Both the position numbers and the translations under genes were made by a program. DNA of 64,000 bases from Nitrospirota bacterium. Lineage in GTDB: Bacteria; JACPQY01. This document shows positions 28,156-38,681 of the stretch, piece after piece (position 1 is the stretch's first letter; every line of letters starts with the position of its first letter). The notes beneath the pieces were generated by a model that was not told the origin of the DNA, did not search any database, and was given only the letters and a program-made list of their open reading frames with translations. The stretch lies in NCBI GenBank assembly GCA_016180645.1, contig JACPAV010000024.1:62001-126000 (forward strand). The letters are read 5' to 3'.

Positions 28156-31100
28156 CTAGGAATCTTTGCCCTTGAGCTTCAGCTTCTTGACCCAGATGGA
28201 GAGCTGGGAGCGATCTACCCCGAGATCGCGGGCGGCCTCGGAAATATTGTTCTCCGCGCGGCGAAGGGATTCGATGATCAGTTCCCTCTGGTACTCCAGC
28301 ACGGCGCTCTTGAGATTCTGACCTCTCCTCCGCCCCTGTGGCATTTCGGGAGTAGAAATGCCTTCGCCCTGGGCCAAGTCCTGGACGTCGATTTCGGCTT
28401 CACGCGCAACGACGTGTGCCGTCCGCAGGAAGTTTTCCATCTCACGGATGTTGCCGGGCCACGGCCGGCCCATGAGAGCGGACAGGGCGCGTTTGCTGAT
28501 CTTCTTGGGCGATTCCTTTTCTTCCACAGCGATCTGATCCAGAAAAGCGCGGGCGAGCGCGGGGATGTCCTCCCGCCGCTCACGCAAAGGCGGGATCTGG
28601 ATCCGGTACACGCCCAGGCGGTAGTAGAGATCTTCCCGGAACGTTTTCTCCGCCACAAGGGTTTTCAAATCGCGGTTCGTGGCGGCGATGATGCGAACGT
28701 CCAACTTTCTTTCGCGCGTGTCTCCCACCCGTCGTATGACGCCATCTTGAAGAACCCGGAGGAGTTTGACCTGGAGGGGGAGGGGCAGCTCCCCGATTTC
28801 ATCCAGGAACAGAGTTCCCCCTTCAGCCACTTCGAACAGGCCCGGTTTCTCCCGATCCGCCCCGGTAAACGCGCCCTTCACGTGTCCGAAGAGTTCGGAC
28901 TCGAAGAGATCCTGCGGCATCGCCCCGCAATTGACCGGCACGAACGGTTTGTCTTTGCGCGGCGAATTGAAATGGATGGCTCGGGCCGCCAGTTCCTTGC
29001 CCGTTCCGCTTTCCCCTTGGAGGAGGACGGGGACTCGACTCTCCACGGCCCGATCCACGGAGAGGAGGACGCGCCGGAGGGCCGGACTCGATCCGACGAT
29101 GCGTTCATACTTGTATTTCGGCTGTTCCTCGCGGATCAAGACACTGAGCTTTTCTTCGGCCTCCTCCAGCCGGGTTTCCTGTGAGGCCAATTGGTCCTTG
29201 AGTTTCCGATTCGCCTCCTCCAGTTGGTGGTTCAGCGTCTCAATCTGATCCTTGGAATCTTTCAGTTCACGAACCGTTTTTCTCAACTCGCGCTGGTCAC
29301 GCACGTTTTGAGCGATCAGTTGGGCCTTGTAGATCGCCACGGCGGCAAGTTCGCTCAGGACGGAAAGCAACGGGACGTCCTGCTCGGTGAAACGTCCCGC
29401 CTTCAGACGCGTGTCCATGTACAGGGCGCCGATGGCCTCGCCGCGCATGAAGAGGGGAACGGCAATGACGGAGCGGAGCTGGAGCTGGTAGATGCTGGCG
29501 GAATCCTTGAATCGCGGATCCTTCATGGCGTCCAGTGCGATGACGGGCTGGTGCGCTTCGAGCGTTTCCTGGGCAACGGTGAGAGAAAAGTTCTCCGCGG
29601 TGTCGCGGATGTCCTTCTTGTCATGGGACCGCGCGACGCGGACCACCGGCGCACCGTTTTCCATGAGGAGGAGAAAACCGCGCTCGGCATCGGTAAACGC
29701 CAGGAGGGAATCGACGATGTCGACAAGAAGATCCTGGAGATCCAGGGCCGAATTGATCTTGCGTGCCACATCAAGGAGGTTGAAGGCCTCCGTGTCGGTC
29801 CTCCGGCGGTGGAGTGGGGGGTCAGCCGACGGTTGGGGTGGATCGGCGGGTGTGACCGTGGGTTGGACCGGAACCTGCCGTGTTCCACCGGGTTCCGGTT
29901 CCTGACCTTTGGATGGATTCCCGGCGGACCCGCCGATCACGATTCGTGACGACATGAGGGTTTTGCCTTCGGATGACATAGGGACCTCCTCGGACGGTTC
30001 GGAAGAAGATGGGGAAGAGACTCGCTCCGGTGGCGTGAGAGCCGACCACTCGCGAACGATCTTTTCCCGGATCAACGGGTCTTTCGAGGGCGACTGATCC
30101 AGCGTCGTGAGGGCCTTTTCGAAGCAGGCACGGGCCGAGCGTGGATCGGTCTGTCGAAGAGACTTGCCCTTGGCAAAGAAGAATCGAATTTGAACGAGGG
30201 GGGGCGATGCCTCCCCCACCTGCGGCTCGCACGCGGCCAACTCCGAGTGGGCTTCGCGGAGGAGGCCGCGGTCGGCGCGGATCTCGGCCAGTTTGAGACG
30301 GGAGAGCATGAGATCGTCGGGCATGCCGAGCCGCTGAAACAGGTCGATCGCCTGCTCGCACTCCCGTTCCGCACGGTTGAGATGGGATCGCTGCTCGAAG
30401 CATTCAGCCAGTTCGAGCCGGAGAGCGGCCTCGAGGTGGATCATCCGCAGATCTTGAGCCAGGCGAAGGGCCTCTTCATACGCATTCTCAGCGCCGGCCA
30501 TGTCCCTCGCCTGCGCCCGGAGGATGCCGAAATTGTACAGCGCGCGGGCCTCATCCGTCCGGTCTGAAATTCTTCGGAAAATCGTGAGGGCTTTCTCGTA
30601 ATGCTTCGATGAAACGTCGATGTTCTGGGCTTTGTGGAAGGCGACGCCGAGGTTGACGTAGGCGAGCGCCGTTCCCCGAAGATCGCCGATTTCCTGGCTA
30701 AGGGTAGCGCACGATTGGAACAGGGAAACGGCTTCATCCAGGCGCCCCTGGGCGAGATGGGCGACGCCCAGTGAATTCAGCGCGAGGGCGTGACGGGCCG
30801 AGCGTCCGGAACCCTTCGTCTCCTCCGCATTCCGGTGAAAGAGGGGAATGGCGGACTCCATCTCTCGCCGGTAGAGATGAAACTTGGCGAGGACATGGCG
30901 AAAGGCCAGCCGTTCATCATCCGGGCATGACTTGCCTCCCGACAGATAGGAACGGCAAAGGGCGGCGGCCTCATCGTATTGGGATTGTTCCAGAAGGATG
31001 TCGGCAAGAAGCGCATCCAGGACCGGCAGCCAACGGGAATCGAGAGCCAGTCTGGACGTGATTCCCCGGATCGCCTCGGCGGCTTCGTTCAAACGCCCCC

Positions 31101-33495
31101 CATGTCGGTAGGCGTGGGCGAGCCCCGAGGTGAGTTCGGCGCGCGCATCGAGCCCTTCGGCTTGATTGAGGAGTTGCCGGAAAGTTTCAATGGCATCCGG
31201 AAAGCGGGCGGTGGCGGATTGGGCCTGGGCCAGGAGCGTTCGGTATGTGATGGCGTCGGCCGGGGGCAAAGGCGCCGCGGCGTCGGCGTGCTCTTCGAGA
31301 AAGCGCAGGGCGGGTCCCGGCTGATGGAGCCGGACGAGGAGTTGGAGGTCCGGACGCGCAAGGGCGAACGCCTGGGCCGGTTTCCCGGCGAGGAAATATT
31401 CATGGGCCCGATCGAAGGCGGACATGCGACCATCCGCGTTGGTCTCGTTCCGACCGAAGGAGAGCTGGGTCCAGCGTTCCGCGAGCTGGAGGTGTTTGGC
31501 GGCCCGCTCCGACGGATTCATTTGCGACAGGACGGCTTCGCGGCGCACGTCACTCGCGAGCTGGGAGCCCTCCGGCCCCTGGCGGACCCAGCCGAGATCT
31601 TGAGTCCGGCGCAGATGGCTCGTGCCCAGGCCACTCAGGAGAGGATCGAGGGATTCGAGATCCTCGGCCATCATCCCTTTGGGTGACACACAGAGCCATT
31701 CCAGAATCGTCCTTTCCGGTTTGCTCAACCGCTTGAGTTCTTCCGCGAACCAGACAGAGAGATTGAGCGTGGCGTCGAGCCGGCTCCAATCCAACGTCTC
31801 GAGTTGGGCTTCGAGGTCCTCCCCGGGCCGGAGGACCTTTTCCACCAGGAGCCTGAGATACTCGACGAACAGCCCCGGCACGCCCTCCGTCTTGTCCATC
31901 AGGCGCCTCAGAAGACGGCCGGGTGGATCGGCGACTCCGAGGAGGGATTTCAACACGCCTCCGGCTTGCTCGTCGCTCCACGGCCCCAGCATCAGGGTCC
32001 GATCCAGAACGAGCCGGATCGGAAGCGCTTCCTCCGATGCGCTTGTCACCAAGAGGAAGGTGGAGCCGTCGGCCTTCGTATTCGGGTCTTCACCCAGTGT
32101 CATGCAGTAGTAGGACAGGAGTTCGCGGACATCCGCCTTCCGATCCAGGTCATCCACCAAGACGATGAGATTTCGCCGGACCGTGAGGACACTTAGCGCG
32201 GCGGCGAGTTTCTCGAGGAATTGGACGTGCTGCATGTCGGGAGTGGTTTCGAGCGACGGGGGATCGGGGGCCTCCTTGAATGTTTCCGGGAGGAGGGCCT
32301 TGAGATAGGGTGCATAGGGCCGCAGGGCAGCCGCATCCTGCGTTACCGGCAGCCTCTCGAACAATTCCGGAAGACCTGATTTCTGATCGGCGAGCGAAAC
32401 GACCCTTTCATCGCGGAGTTCGGCCCATCGCCGGAACTCATCGAGAAGTTCGGATTTTCCCGTCTCCGGCCGACCCACGATGGCGCCCACGAAGAGGGGC
32501 TGGAAGGCGTTTCGGCATTCGTCGAACCATGCGCACATCTCTTTCAAGGGCGACTCCAATCCCGAGAGCATCGCCGTGGCCTTGTCCGGCAACCGCTGAC
32601 GGCCGGGTTCGAGGGCGTAGCGCGTGGAGGAGCGAGCGTTGATCCGAGAAATCACCTGGTTGGCCGACCAGAAACGGTGCCTTGGATTGGGCTCCAGAAG
32701 GGTGACCAGGATTTCCCGGAACAAATCCGGCACGTCGGCGCGGAAGGCTTCGGGTGGAGGAGGCACTCGCCCGACGGTCTCCCGTACGAGTTCCTCGATG
32801 CTCTTTCCGGTGGAGCCGGCACTCGATGCCGAATCGTCCTCCGGGATTTTCTTGAAGGTCCGGCTGAACATGACCGCGAGCGAGTAGAGGTCGGCACGAC
32901 CGTCCACCTGCTCGCCGAGGGCCACCTCCGGCGCGATATACGGGAACGTTCCTGCGATCAGCCCCTTTTGATTGAACCGGCTGATTTCATCGGCGATACC
33001 GAAATCCAGAATTTTGACTTGAGGGGGCATGCTGCCGGAGCCGGGGTTGACGAGCACGTTGGAAGGCTTGATGTCGAGATGAATGACGCCTTGGCGGTGG
33101 AGAAATTCGAGGCCTTGGAGAATCTGGACGAAGGCTTCCCATCGCGAAGGCCACGAGGCATCCCGGAGAAACTGAGAGAGGCTCGGCCCAGCCACGAGGT
33201 CTTCCGTGAGGTAATGGGTGCCTGTCGCATCATCGATCAGCAGGTCATGCACTTGGACGAGCGCCGGATGATGGAGATGGGAGAGGAGCCGCATCTCTTT
33301 GCGAAAAGATTCGTCCCCCCACTCGGTAACGTCCTTGAAGAACTCCTTGACGGCCACCTCGCGATTGAGCGTGCGATCGAACGCCCGATGGACGCGACCG
33401 AATTGTCCTTGGCCGAGGCTGTTCAATATTTCGAGCCGGCCGAAGAGCATTGTACCCATCTGGATGGATGATAACCGGACCGTTGTGTATTGCAA
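28156..33495 (-). CDS. Ser/Thr kinase - P-loop NTPase - TPR - GAF - sigma54 AAA+ activator - Fis HTH fusion
   Basis: Kinase motifs GQGQFG, VAVK, HLDIKPSN, DFG, APE. GRPETGKS. TPR helices. GESGTGKE, GAFTGA, LFLDEIG, FREDLYYRL, WPGNIRE and a C-terminal HTH. The start may be ATG near 33459. Confidence 0.9.
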   Translation of the reverse strand: MQYTTVRLSSIQMGTMLFGRLEILNSLGQGQFGRVHRAFDRTLNREVAVKEFFKDVTEWGDESFRKEMRLLSHLHHPALVQVHDLLIDDATGTHYLTEDLVAGPSLSQFLRDASWPSRWEAFVQILQGLEFLHRQGVIHLDIKPSNVLVNPGSGSMPPQVKILDFGIADEISRFNQKGLIAGTFPYIAPEVALGEQVDGRADLYSLAVMFSRTFKKIPEDDSASSAGSTGKSIEELVRETVGRVPPPPEAFRADVPDLFREILVTLLEPNPRHRFWSANQVISRINARSSTRYALEPGRQRLPDKATAMLSGLESPLKEMCAWFDECRNAFQPLFVGAIVGRPETGKSELLDEFRRWAELRDERVVSLADQKSGLPELFERLPVTQDAAALRPYAPYLKALLPETFKEAPDPPSLETTPDMQHVQFLEKLAAALSVLTVRRNLIVLVDDLDRKADVRELLSYYCMTLGEDPNTKADGSTFLLVTSASEEALPIRLVLDRTLMLGPWSDEQAGGVLKSLLGVADPPGRLLRRLMDKTEGVPGLFVEYLRLLVEKVLRPGEDLEAQLETLDWSRLDATLNLSVWFAEELKRLSKPERTILEWLCVSPKGMMAEDLESLDPLLSGLGTSHLRRTQDLGWVRQGPEGSQLASDVRREAVLSQMNPSERAAKHLQLAERWTQLSFGRNETNADGRMSAFDRAHEYFLAGKPAQAFALARPDLQLLVRLHQPGPALRFLEEHADAAAPLPPADAITYRTLLAQAQSATARFPDAIETFRQLLNQAEGLDARAELTSGLAHAYRHGGRLNEAAEAIRGITSRLALDSRWLPVLDALLADILLEQSQYDEAAALCRSYLSGGKSCPDDERLAFRHVLAKFHLYRREMESAIPLFHRNAEETKGSGRSARHALALNSLGVAHLAQGRLDEAVSLFQSCATLSQEIGDLRGTALAYVNLGVAFHKAQNIDVSSKHYEKALTIFRRISDRTDEARALYNFGILRAQARDMAGAENAYEEALRLAQDLRMIHLEAALRLELAECFEQRSHLNRAERECEQAIDLFQRLGMPDDLMLSRLKLAEIRADRGLLREAHSELAACEPQVGEASPPLVQIRFFFAKGKSLRQTDPRSARACFEKALTTLDQSPSKDPLIREKIVREWSALTPPERVSSPSSSEPSEEVPMSSEGKTLMSSRIVIGGSAGNPSKGQEPEPGGTRQVPVQPTVTPADPPQPSADPPLHRRRTDTEAFNLLDVARKINSALDLQDLLVDIVDSLLAFTDAERGFLLLMENGAPVVRVARSHDKKDIRDTAENFSLTVAQETLEAHQPVIALDAMKDPRFKDSASIYQLQLRSVIAVPLFMRGEAIGALYMDTRLKAGRFTEQDVPLLSVLSELAAVAIYKAQLIAQNVRDQRELRKTVRELKDSKDQIETLNHQLEEANRKLKDQLASQETRLEEAEEKLSVLIREEQPKYKYERIVGSSPALRRVLLSVDRAVESRVPVLLQGESGTGKELAARAIHFNSPRKDKPFVPVNCGAMPQDLFESELFGHVKGAFTGADREKPGLFEVAEGGTLFLDEIGELPLPLQVKLLRVLQDGVIRRVGDTRERKLDVRIIAATNRDLKTLVAEKTFREDLYYRLGVYRIQIPPLRERREDIPALARAFLDQIAVEEKESPKKISKRALSALMGRPWPGNIREMENFLRTAHVVAREAEIDVQDLAQGEGISTPEMPQGRRRGQNLKSAVLEYQRELIIESLRRAENNISEAARDLGVDRSQLSIWVKKLKLKGKDS

Positions 33496-33611
33496 CAGTA
33501 ATCGTTATGGCAGGTCACACACCTATGTGACGAAAATCACCAAGCATTGAACGATCATGGATATCATATCGTCATTACATGCAGAACAGCGCGGAACTCA
33601 TGCCATACAGT

Positions 33612-33626
33612 TGGAACGCCGATTGC
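33612..33626 (+). promoter_or_regulatory. sigma54 -24/-12 promoter, with TGTGACGAAAATCACC site at 33526-33541
   Basis: TGGAAC-GCCGA-TTGC (GG-N10-GC), divergent from the bEBP gene. Confidence 0.65.
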
Positions 33627-33688
33627 GAATGCGGGGGTATGGAAACGATCAGAACTTGCAGACAAGTGGTACAGCATGGAGGTGAAGG

Positions 33689-33928
33689 ATGAGGAGCATT
33701 TTATCGATGCTGGCGGGAGTCTCGTCGCCGGGAACATCCGTCATGATCTGGACGTTGCAGGATTGTGCGCATGGAGCGCCCCATCACGACGGACAAGTGA
33801 CAGTGAGTCACCCACCTGCGTCGGCCGGTGCGCCTCAAACGAAACCGGCGGCTTCACCCGAATCCGGACCTGCGGAGAGCCATATGGTGGATCGAGGCGA
33901 TCACCGAAAGAGGAAGAATTCTCGATGA
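33689..33928 (+). CDS. Small hypothetical protein (79 aa)
   Basis: Strong GGAGGTG RBS just after the sigma54 promoter. Its stop overlaps the next ATG (ATGA at 33925). Confidence 0.4.
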   Translation: MRSILSMLAGVSSPGTSVMIWTLQDCAHGAPHHDGQVTVSHPPASAGAPQTKPAASPESGPAESHMVDRGDHRKRKNSR

Positions 33929-36900
33929 TCGTGCCCCGTTTTGCCTTGAAGCGATGGGGTACCCCCCGTACACTGCGATACGGACGGATGCAAGACTCAC
34001 CTTGGACAGGAGCCACGGCATTGAATGGAGATTGGCTCTACCGGATTTTGATATGCGGGCTCGCATTTTTTCTGGCGATCGGATTCTCCGGGTGCGGACT
34101 GACCGGCAAGGCGGGGCGGTCGGAATCGGCGAAGCCACCCGAAGCCGTGGATCCCGGCACATTGAAGGTGGAGGCGGTGTTGCCGCTGACGGTCGAGCAG
34201 GCTGCGATGCTGGAGGCGGTGAATCAGGGGTTGAGGTCGGGTGTTCGGGGTGCGGGGAAGGATGCGGGCGTGCTTGCGGATGTGCTCTGGGACGAGCAGG
34301 TTGTGGCTGAGGGTGTTCCCGCGGCGGTGCGCGGGGGAGTGAGGGGCGGCGTGCGTGGATTTGGAGAGCCCGTGGGATTGCCGGGTGCGCCGGCTCGCCC
34401 CAATGGAAACATTCCGAAATCAAAAAAGCGACAGTCCTCCGATTCGGGGGACCTCGGGATCGAGATTTCCGCCGCCGTGCCGAGATCCATTCTTTCACCG
34501 GGCTTGCATGCCTTGGGCATCCGCATTCGAGTGGCCTCGCGCCCGGAAATGGTTCTTGCCAGTACGCTGCTTCGGACGGAAGTCGGACTGGGCGGGGGTG
34601 TCCCAGGAACGGAGACGATTGTGGAGCGCCCGGTGGAACCGGGTGAGATCCAACTGCCCGATGCGGACGGGGACGGAGTGTCGACCCTGATGGAGATTGT
34701 TGTGATTCAAGCCGAGGTGGGTTTGGAGGCCGCGCTTCTCATGGCTGCGGATCCCGCGAGCGCACCGGCTCCGGAGCAGGCGGAAAAAGTTTTTCTTGTG
34801 CTCCAAAAAGACCTCAAGCCGTTCCTGACGAAGCAGGGGGTGCCGGAATCGTACGAACTGCCTTCGCCGGACTTGACGCCGCCGGACACCGCCGTCGTCA
34901 GTCGTGAGCCGTCAGTCGAAAGTGGTCAGGAGGTTGTTGCTGCCTTCTCGTGCAACGAGGACTTCTGCGCGTATCGCTGCTCACTCACGGGACCGGAGCG
35001 TTTCGAGGCAAGGCCGTGCACATCACCGTTTGTCCTGAGGCTGTCGAAGGACGGTGCGTATGACCTTGCGGTCCAGGCGGCCGATGGCTTCGGCAATGCA
35101 GACCCCACACCGGCCCGATTCTCGTTTGTCGTTCTCCCCACCTGCGTCCCCAGCGTGGAAATCTGCGACGGCAAGGACAACGATTGCGATTCCGAGATCG
35201 ACGAGGGGAACGTATGTGACACGACGCCTCCCGAGACAGCTATCAGCGTTCAGCCGTCAGCGGTCAGCAACAGGACTTCGGCCGGGTTCGAGTTCTCCTG
35301 CACTGACCCGGTAGCCGCACCCTTTATGGGTGCGTCTTTGGACGCAGGCGTAAAGCCTGCGCCTACCTGCTCCTTCTTCTGCCAATTGGACATTGGCACG
35401 CCTTCTTCTTGCGCGTCACCCCTTACGCTCTCTCTCCTCTCGGACGGCAGCCACACCTTCTCCGTCCACGCCGTCGACACGGCGGGGAACAAGGATCCCA
35501 CACCGGCGACGTTCACGTGGACGGTGGACACGACGCCCCCGGACACAGCGATCAGCGATCAGCCGCCGGCGGTCAGCAACCAGACCTCGGCCACCTTCAA
35601 GTTCACGTCGCCTGACACGGCGGCAACATTCCAGTGCTCCACGGACAATGGAACGTATTCTGCCTGCGTGAGCCCGCTCGTCCTGAGCGTGTCGAAGGAC
35701 GCGGGCCACACGTTTGCCGTGCGGTCCATCGATCCTGCGGGGAACACCGACCCCACGCCGGTTTCCTATGCGTGGTCGGTGGACACGACGGCGCCAACCG
35801 TAGCGATCAGCTCTCAGCCGTCAGCTATCAGCGGATCAACGACTGCGACGTTCACGTTCACGTGCAACGATTCTTCCTGCACGTTGGAGTGTTCACTCGA
35901 CACTGCGGCCTTTGCGGCATGCACCTCGCCGAAGAGTTACACGGGGCTCTCGGGGGGATCGCATACGTTCCAAGTGCAGGCGAAAGACGCGGCGGGGAAC
36001 ACGGGACCGGCGGCCTCCTCCACGTGGACAATCGATGTAACTCCTCCGACGTTCTCGGGTCTGGTCTCGGCCACCGCGGTTGCGACGTACCAGATCAACC
36101 TGGCGTGGTCCGCGGCGACGGACAACGTCAGTGCGAGCTCGAGCCTCGTGTACAAGATCTGCATGAGCACGACGAGGGGAGCGTGCGGCAGCTCGTTCGT
36201 AACGTCCTACACGACCTCCGCCGGTGCAACGAGCTACTCCGTCAGCGGCCTGAGCACCGGGACCTCCTACTACTTCATGGTCAAGGCGGTGGACACGGTG
36301 AATAATGCGGATGCAAATGGGACCGAGAGGTCGGCCATGACGTGGGGCACGAGGATAGCCCAGGCCGTCACCAATCACTTTGGGCAGCATGCCTGCACGT
36401 TGCTGTCGAACGGAACCGCCCGGTGCTGGGGCGACAATGTCTACGGACAACTGGGTGACGGTTCGTCCGTCAGCATGCAGACCGCTCCGGTGGCCGTAAC
36501 AAGTCTGACCGGTGCCGTCGCGCTGTCGGGGGCTCGAAATCATACGTGCGGTCTGCTGGCGGACGGCTCCGTCCGGTGTTGGGGAAAGAACGACTTTGGA
36601 CAATTGGGTGACGGATCGACGGTGTTGAGGTCCGTGCCTACGGCCGTCTCATCCCTGACGAGCGCGGTGCAGGTTGCGGGAGGCCACTTTTTCTCCTGCG
36701 GGTTGGTGTCGGGCGGCTCGGTCCGGTGCTGGGGCAGCGATCAGTACGGGCAGTTGGGGGACGGATCGTCCAACAACAGCAAGAGCACGCCCGTGGCGGT
36801 TTCGAGCCTGACGAACGCGATTGCCGTGGCATCGGGAGGCTATCACACTTGCGCGTTGTTGCCTGATGGCACGGTCAAGTGCTGGGGATGGAACAATTAT

Positions 36901-38559
36901 GGAGAGATCGGCGATGGTTCCACGGTGGACAAGACGACGCCGATTGCGGTCTCATCACTGACCAACGCCGTTTCCCTCGCGGCCGGCGGCAATCACTCCT
37001 GCGGACTCGTATCGGACGGCACGGTTCGATGTTGGGGGTCCAACCTGTTCGGTCAGCTCGGGGATGGCACCACGGTCGACAGGTGGACCTCCGTGGCTGT
37101 CTCCACGCTCACCAACGTGGCGGCGGTTGCGGGCGGCATAGACCACACCTGTGGATTGCTTTCGGATGGGACCGTGAAGTGCTGGGGACTCAACGGCAAT
37201 GGTCAGCTTGGAGATGGCACTTCGAACAATAGCTGGACGCCTGTCGCCGTGTCGAGCCTCACGGGGGCCGTGGCGGTTGCGGGTGGCAACAACTTTACGT
37301 GTTCACTCCATTCGGATGGCTGGGTGCGGTGCTGGGGAATCAATACTGCGGGCGGGCTGGGCGACGGGACCGTAACCGAGCGGTTCACTCCTGTTTCAGT
37401 GACCATGCCCGCGGGCCCCCTCGGGGCAAAGCTCCCGCGAGTCAGAGATACCGCCGCCACCGGCGCATCCGCACGCCCGTTCCGCAAAGGGCTTGATGGA
37501 GGCACCCTCCATATGTGCGCCCTGGTCTCGGAAGGGACCGTCCGGTGTTGGGGCGGCGGGAACGTCGGCCAGCTCGGCGATGGCGGCACGACCGTCGCCG
37601 CCGGAAGCCCCGTCGTTCCCTCTTCGCTCACCGGGGTGGTGGCGCTGGCGACCGGGACTACCCATTCCTGCGCCGTCACGAGCGACGGCGGGGTCAAGTG
37701 CTGGGGCAACAACGGCACCGGCCAGGTCGGTGATGGAACGACAACGACTCGGCTCACTCCGGTGGCTGTGACCGGCCTCAGCAATGCCGTCGCGATTGAC
37801 GCCGGGAAAGCTCACACTTGCGCGCTGGCTGCGGAGGGTTCCGTGAAGTGCTGGGGCCTGAACTTTGCCGGCCAACTTGGCGATGGGACCTCGTTGAGCA
37901 AGAACACGCCGGTGGCGGTCTCGACGCTGACCGGAGCGGTGGCGGTAGAAACCGGCGGCGGGTACGACGTGACCAGTGGTCACACCTGCGCCCTGATATT
38001 CGATGGAACGGTGAATTGCTGGGGATATGGAGCGAGAGGTGCCCTGGGTAACGGCTCCGGCATCAACAAACACTCCCCTGTGGCCGTCTCATCCCTCACC
38101 AACGCCGTCTCGGTTATGGCCGGCGTCGAGCACAGTTGCGCCCTGCTCGCCGACGGTGCGGCACGATGCTGGGGGCGGGACAACTACGGGCAACTCGGTG
38201 ACGGCACAACCACCAATGCTTCTGTGCCCGTGGCGGTCACTTCCCTCACCAATGCCATTGCGATGGCTGGCGGTTACACCCACACCTGCGCGCTGCTTTC
38301 GAACGGCGCGGTGAAGTGTTGGGGACGCAACAACAGCGGGCAGCTTGGTGATGGAACAACAACCGACAGTTTGATCCCCGTGAACGTGACTTCACTCAGC
38401 TCGGTGGTCGCCCTTGGCGGTGGCGAGGAGTTCACCTGCGCCATGATCTCCGATGGCACGATCAAGTGCTGGGGAGAGAACAACCTCGGCCAGATCGGTG
38501 ACGGCGCCGATTCGCCTACGAACAAGAGCATTCCTACCCAAGTCCTCAACTTCCCGTAG
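33925..38559 (+). CDS. Surface lipoprotein: Ig-like repeats, EICDG.DNDCD motif, FN3-like domain, two RCC1/BLIP-II propellers
   Basis: Hydrophobic stretch ending in FSGC and about 14 HTC.L..DG.V.CWG.N..GQLGDG repeats. Start is 33925 or 33988 rather than the track's 33547. Confidence 0.85.
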   Translation: MIVPRFALKRWGTPRTLRYGRMQDSPWTGATALNGDWLYRILICGLAFFLAIGFSGCGLTGKAGRSESAKPPEAVDPGTLKVEAVLPLTVEQAAMLEAVNQGLRSGVRGAGKDAGVLADVLWDEQVVAEGVPAAVRGGVRGGVRGFGEPVGLPGAPARPNGNIPKSKKRQSSDSGDLGIEISAAVPRSILSPGLHALGIRIRVASRPEMVLASTLLRTEVGLGGGVPGTETIVERPVEPGEIQLPDADGDGVSTLMEIVVIQAEVGLEAALLMAADPASAPAPEQAEKVFLVLQKDLKPFLTKQGVPESYELPSPDLTPPDTAVVSREPSVESGQEVVAAFSCNEDFCAYRCSLTGPERFEARPCTSPFVLRLSKDGAYDLAVQAADGFGNADPTPARFSFVVLPTCVPSVEICDGKDNDCDSEIDEGNVCDTTPPETAISVQPSAVSNRTSAGFEFSCTDPVAAPFMGASLDAGVKPAPTCSFFCQLDIGTPSSCASPLTLSLLSDGSHTFSVHAVDTAGNKDPTPATFTWTVDTTPPDTAISDQPPAVSNQTSATFKFTSPDTAATFQCSTDNGTYSACVSPLVLSVSKDAGHTFAVRSIDPAGNTDPTPVSYAWSVDTTAPTVAISSQPSAISGSTTATFTFTCNDSSCTLECSLDTAAFAACTSPKSYTGLSGGSHTFQVQAKDAAGNTGPAASSTWTIDVTPPTFSGLVSATAVATYQINLAWSAATDNVSASSSLVYKICMSTTRGACGSSFVTSYTTSAGATSYSVSGLSTGTSYYFMVKAVDTVNNADANGTERSAMTWGTRIAQAVTNHFGQHACTLLSNGTARCWGDNVYGQLGDGSSVSMQTAPVAVTSLTGAVALSGARNHTCGLLADGSVRCWGKNDFGQLGDGSTVLRSVPTAVSSLTSAVQVAGGHFFSCGLVSGGSVRCWGSDQYGQLGDGSSNNSKSTPVAVSSLTNAIAVASGGYHTCALLPDGTVKCWGWNNYGEIGDGSTVDKTTPIAVSSLTNAVSLAAGGNHSCGLVSDGTVRCWGSNLFGQLGDGTTVDRWTSVAVSTLTNVAAVAGGIDHTCGLLSDGTVKCWGLNGNGQLGDGTSNNSWTPVAVSSLTGAVAVAGGNNFTCSLHSDGWVRCWGINTAGGLGDGTVTERFTPVSVTMPAGPLGAKLPRVRDTAATGASARPFRKGLDGGTLHMCALVSEGTVRCWGGGNVGQLGDGGTTVAAGSPVVPSSLTGVVALATGTTHSCAVTSDGGVKCWGNNGTGQVGDGTTTTRLTPVAVTGLSNAVAIDAGKAHTCALAAEGSVKCWGLNFAGQLGDGTSLSKNTPVAVSTLTGAVAVETGGGYDVTSGHTCALIFDGTVNCWGYGARGALGNGSGINKHSPVAVSSLTNAVSVMAGVEHSCALLADGAARCWGRDNYGQLGDGTTTNASVPVAVTSLTNAIAMAGGYTHTCALLSNGAVKCWGRNNSGQLGDGTTTDSLIPVNVTSLSSVVALGGGEEFTCAMISDGTIKCWGENNLGQIGDGADSPTNKSIPTQVLNFP
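35310..35367 (+). repeat. 58-bp REP doublet inside a CDS (copy 2)
   Basis: Two mismatches to 5203-5260, same reading frame and same flanks. Confidence 0.9.
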
Positions 38560-38681
38560 CACACCCCCGGCCATCTTGGTGGGGGGTGATCCGAAAGTGA
38601 ATAATGGGTGACGGCGGTCATGAAAAAAAACTTGATGGGCGTCATTTCGGGGTAGGACCGGGTTGGGTACCGTGACGGTCC

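Noticed and set aside
33547-33924. Track N-terminal extensions (33547, 8485, 43029, 50579, 46452)
   Set aside because: They overlap promoters, REPs or neighbouring genes. Downstream starts have an RBS and/or a signal peptide or lipobox.
5180-35381. Diversity-generating retroelement TR/VR pair
   Set aside because: The differences are not adenine-specific, no reverse transcriptase is present, and the repeat is explained by the REP.
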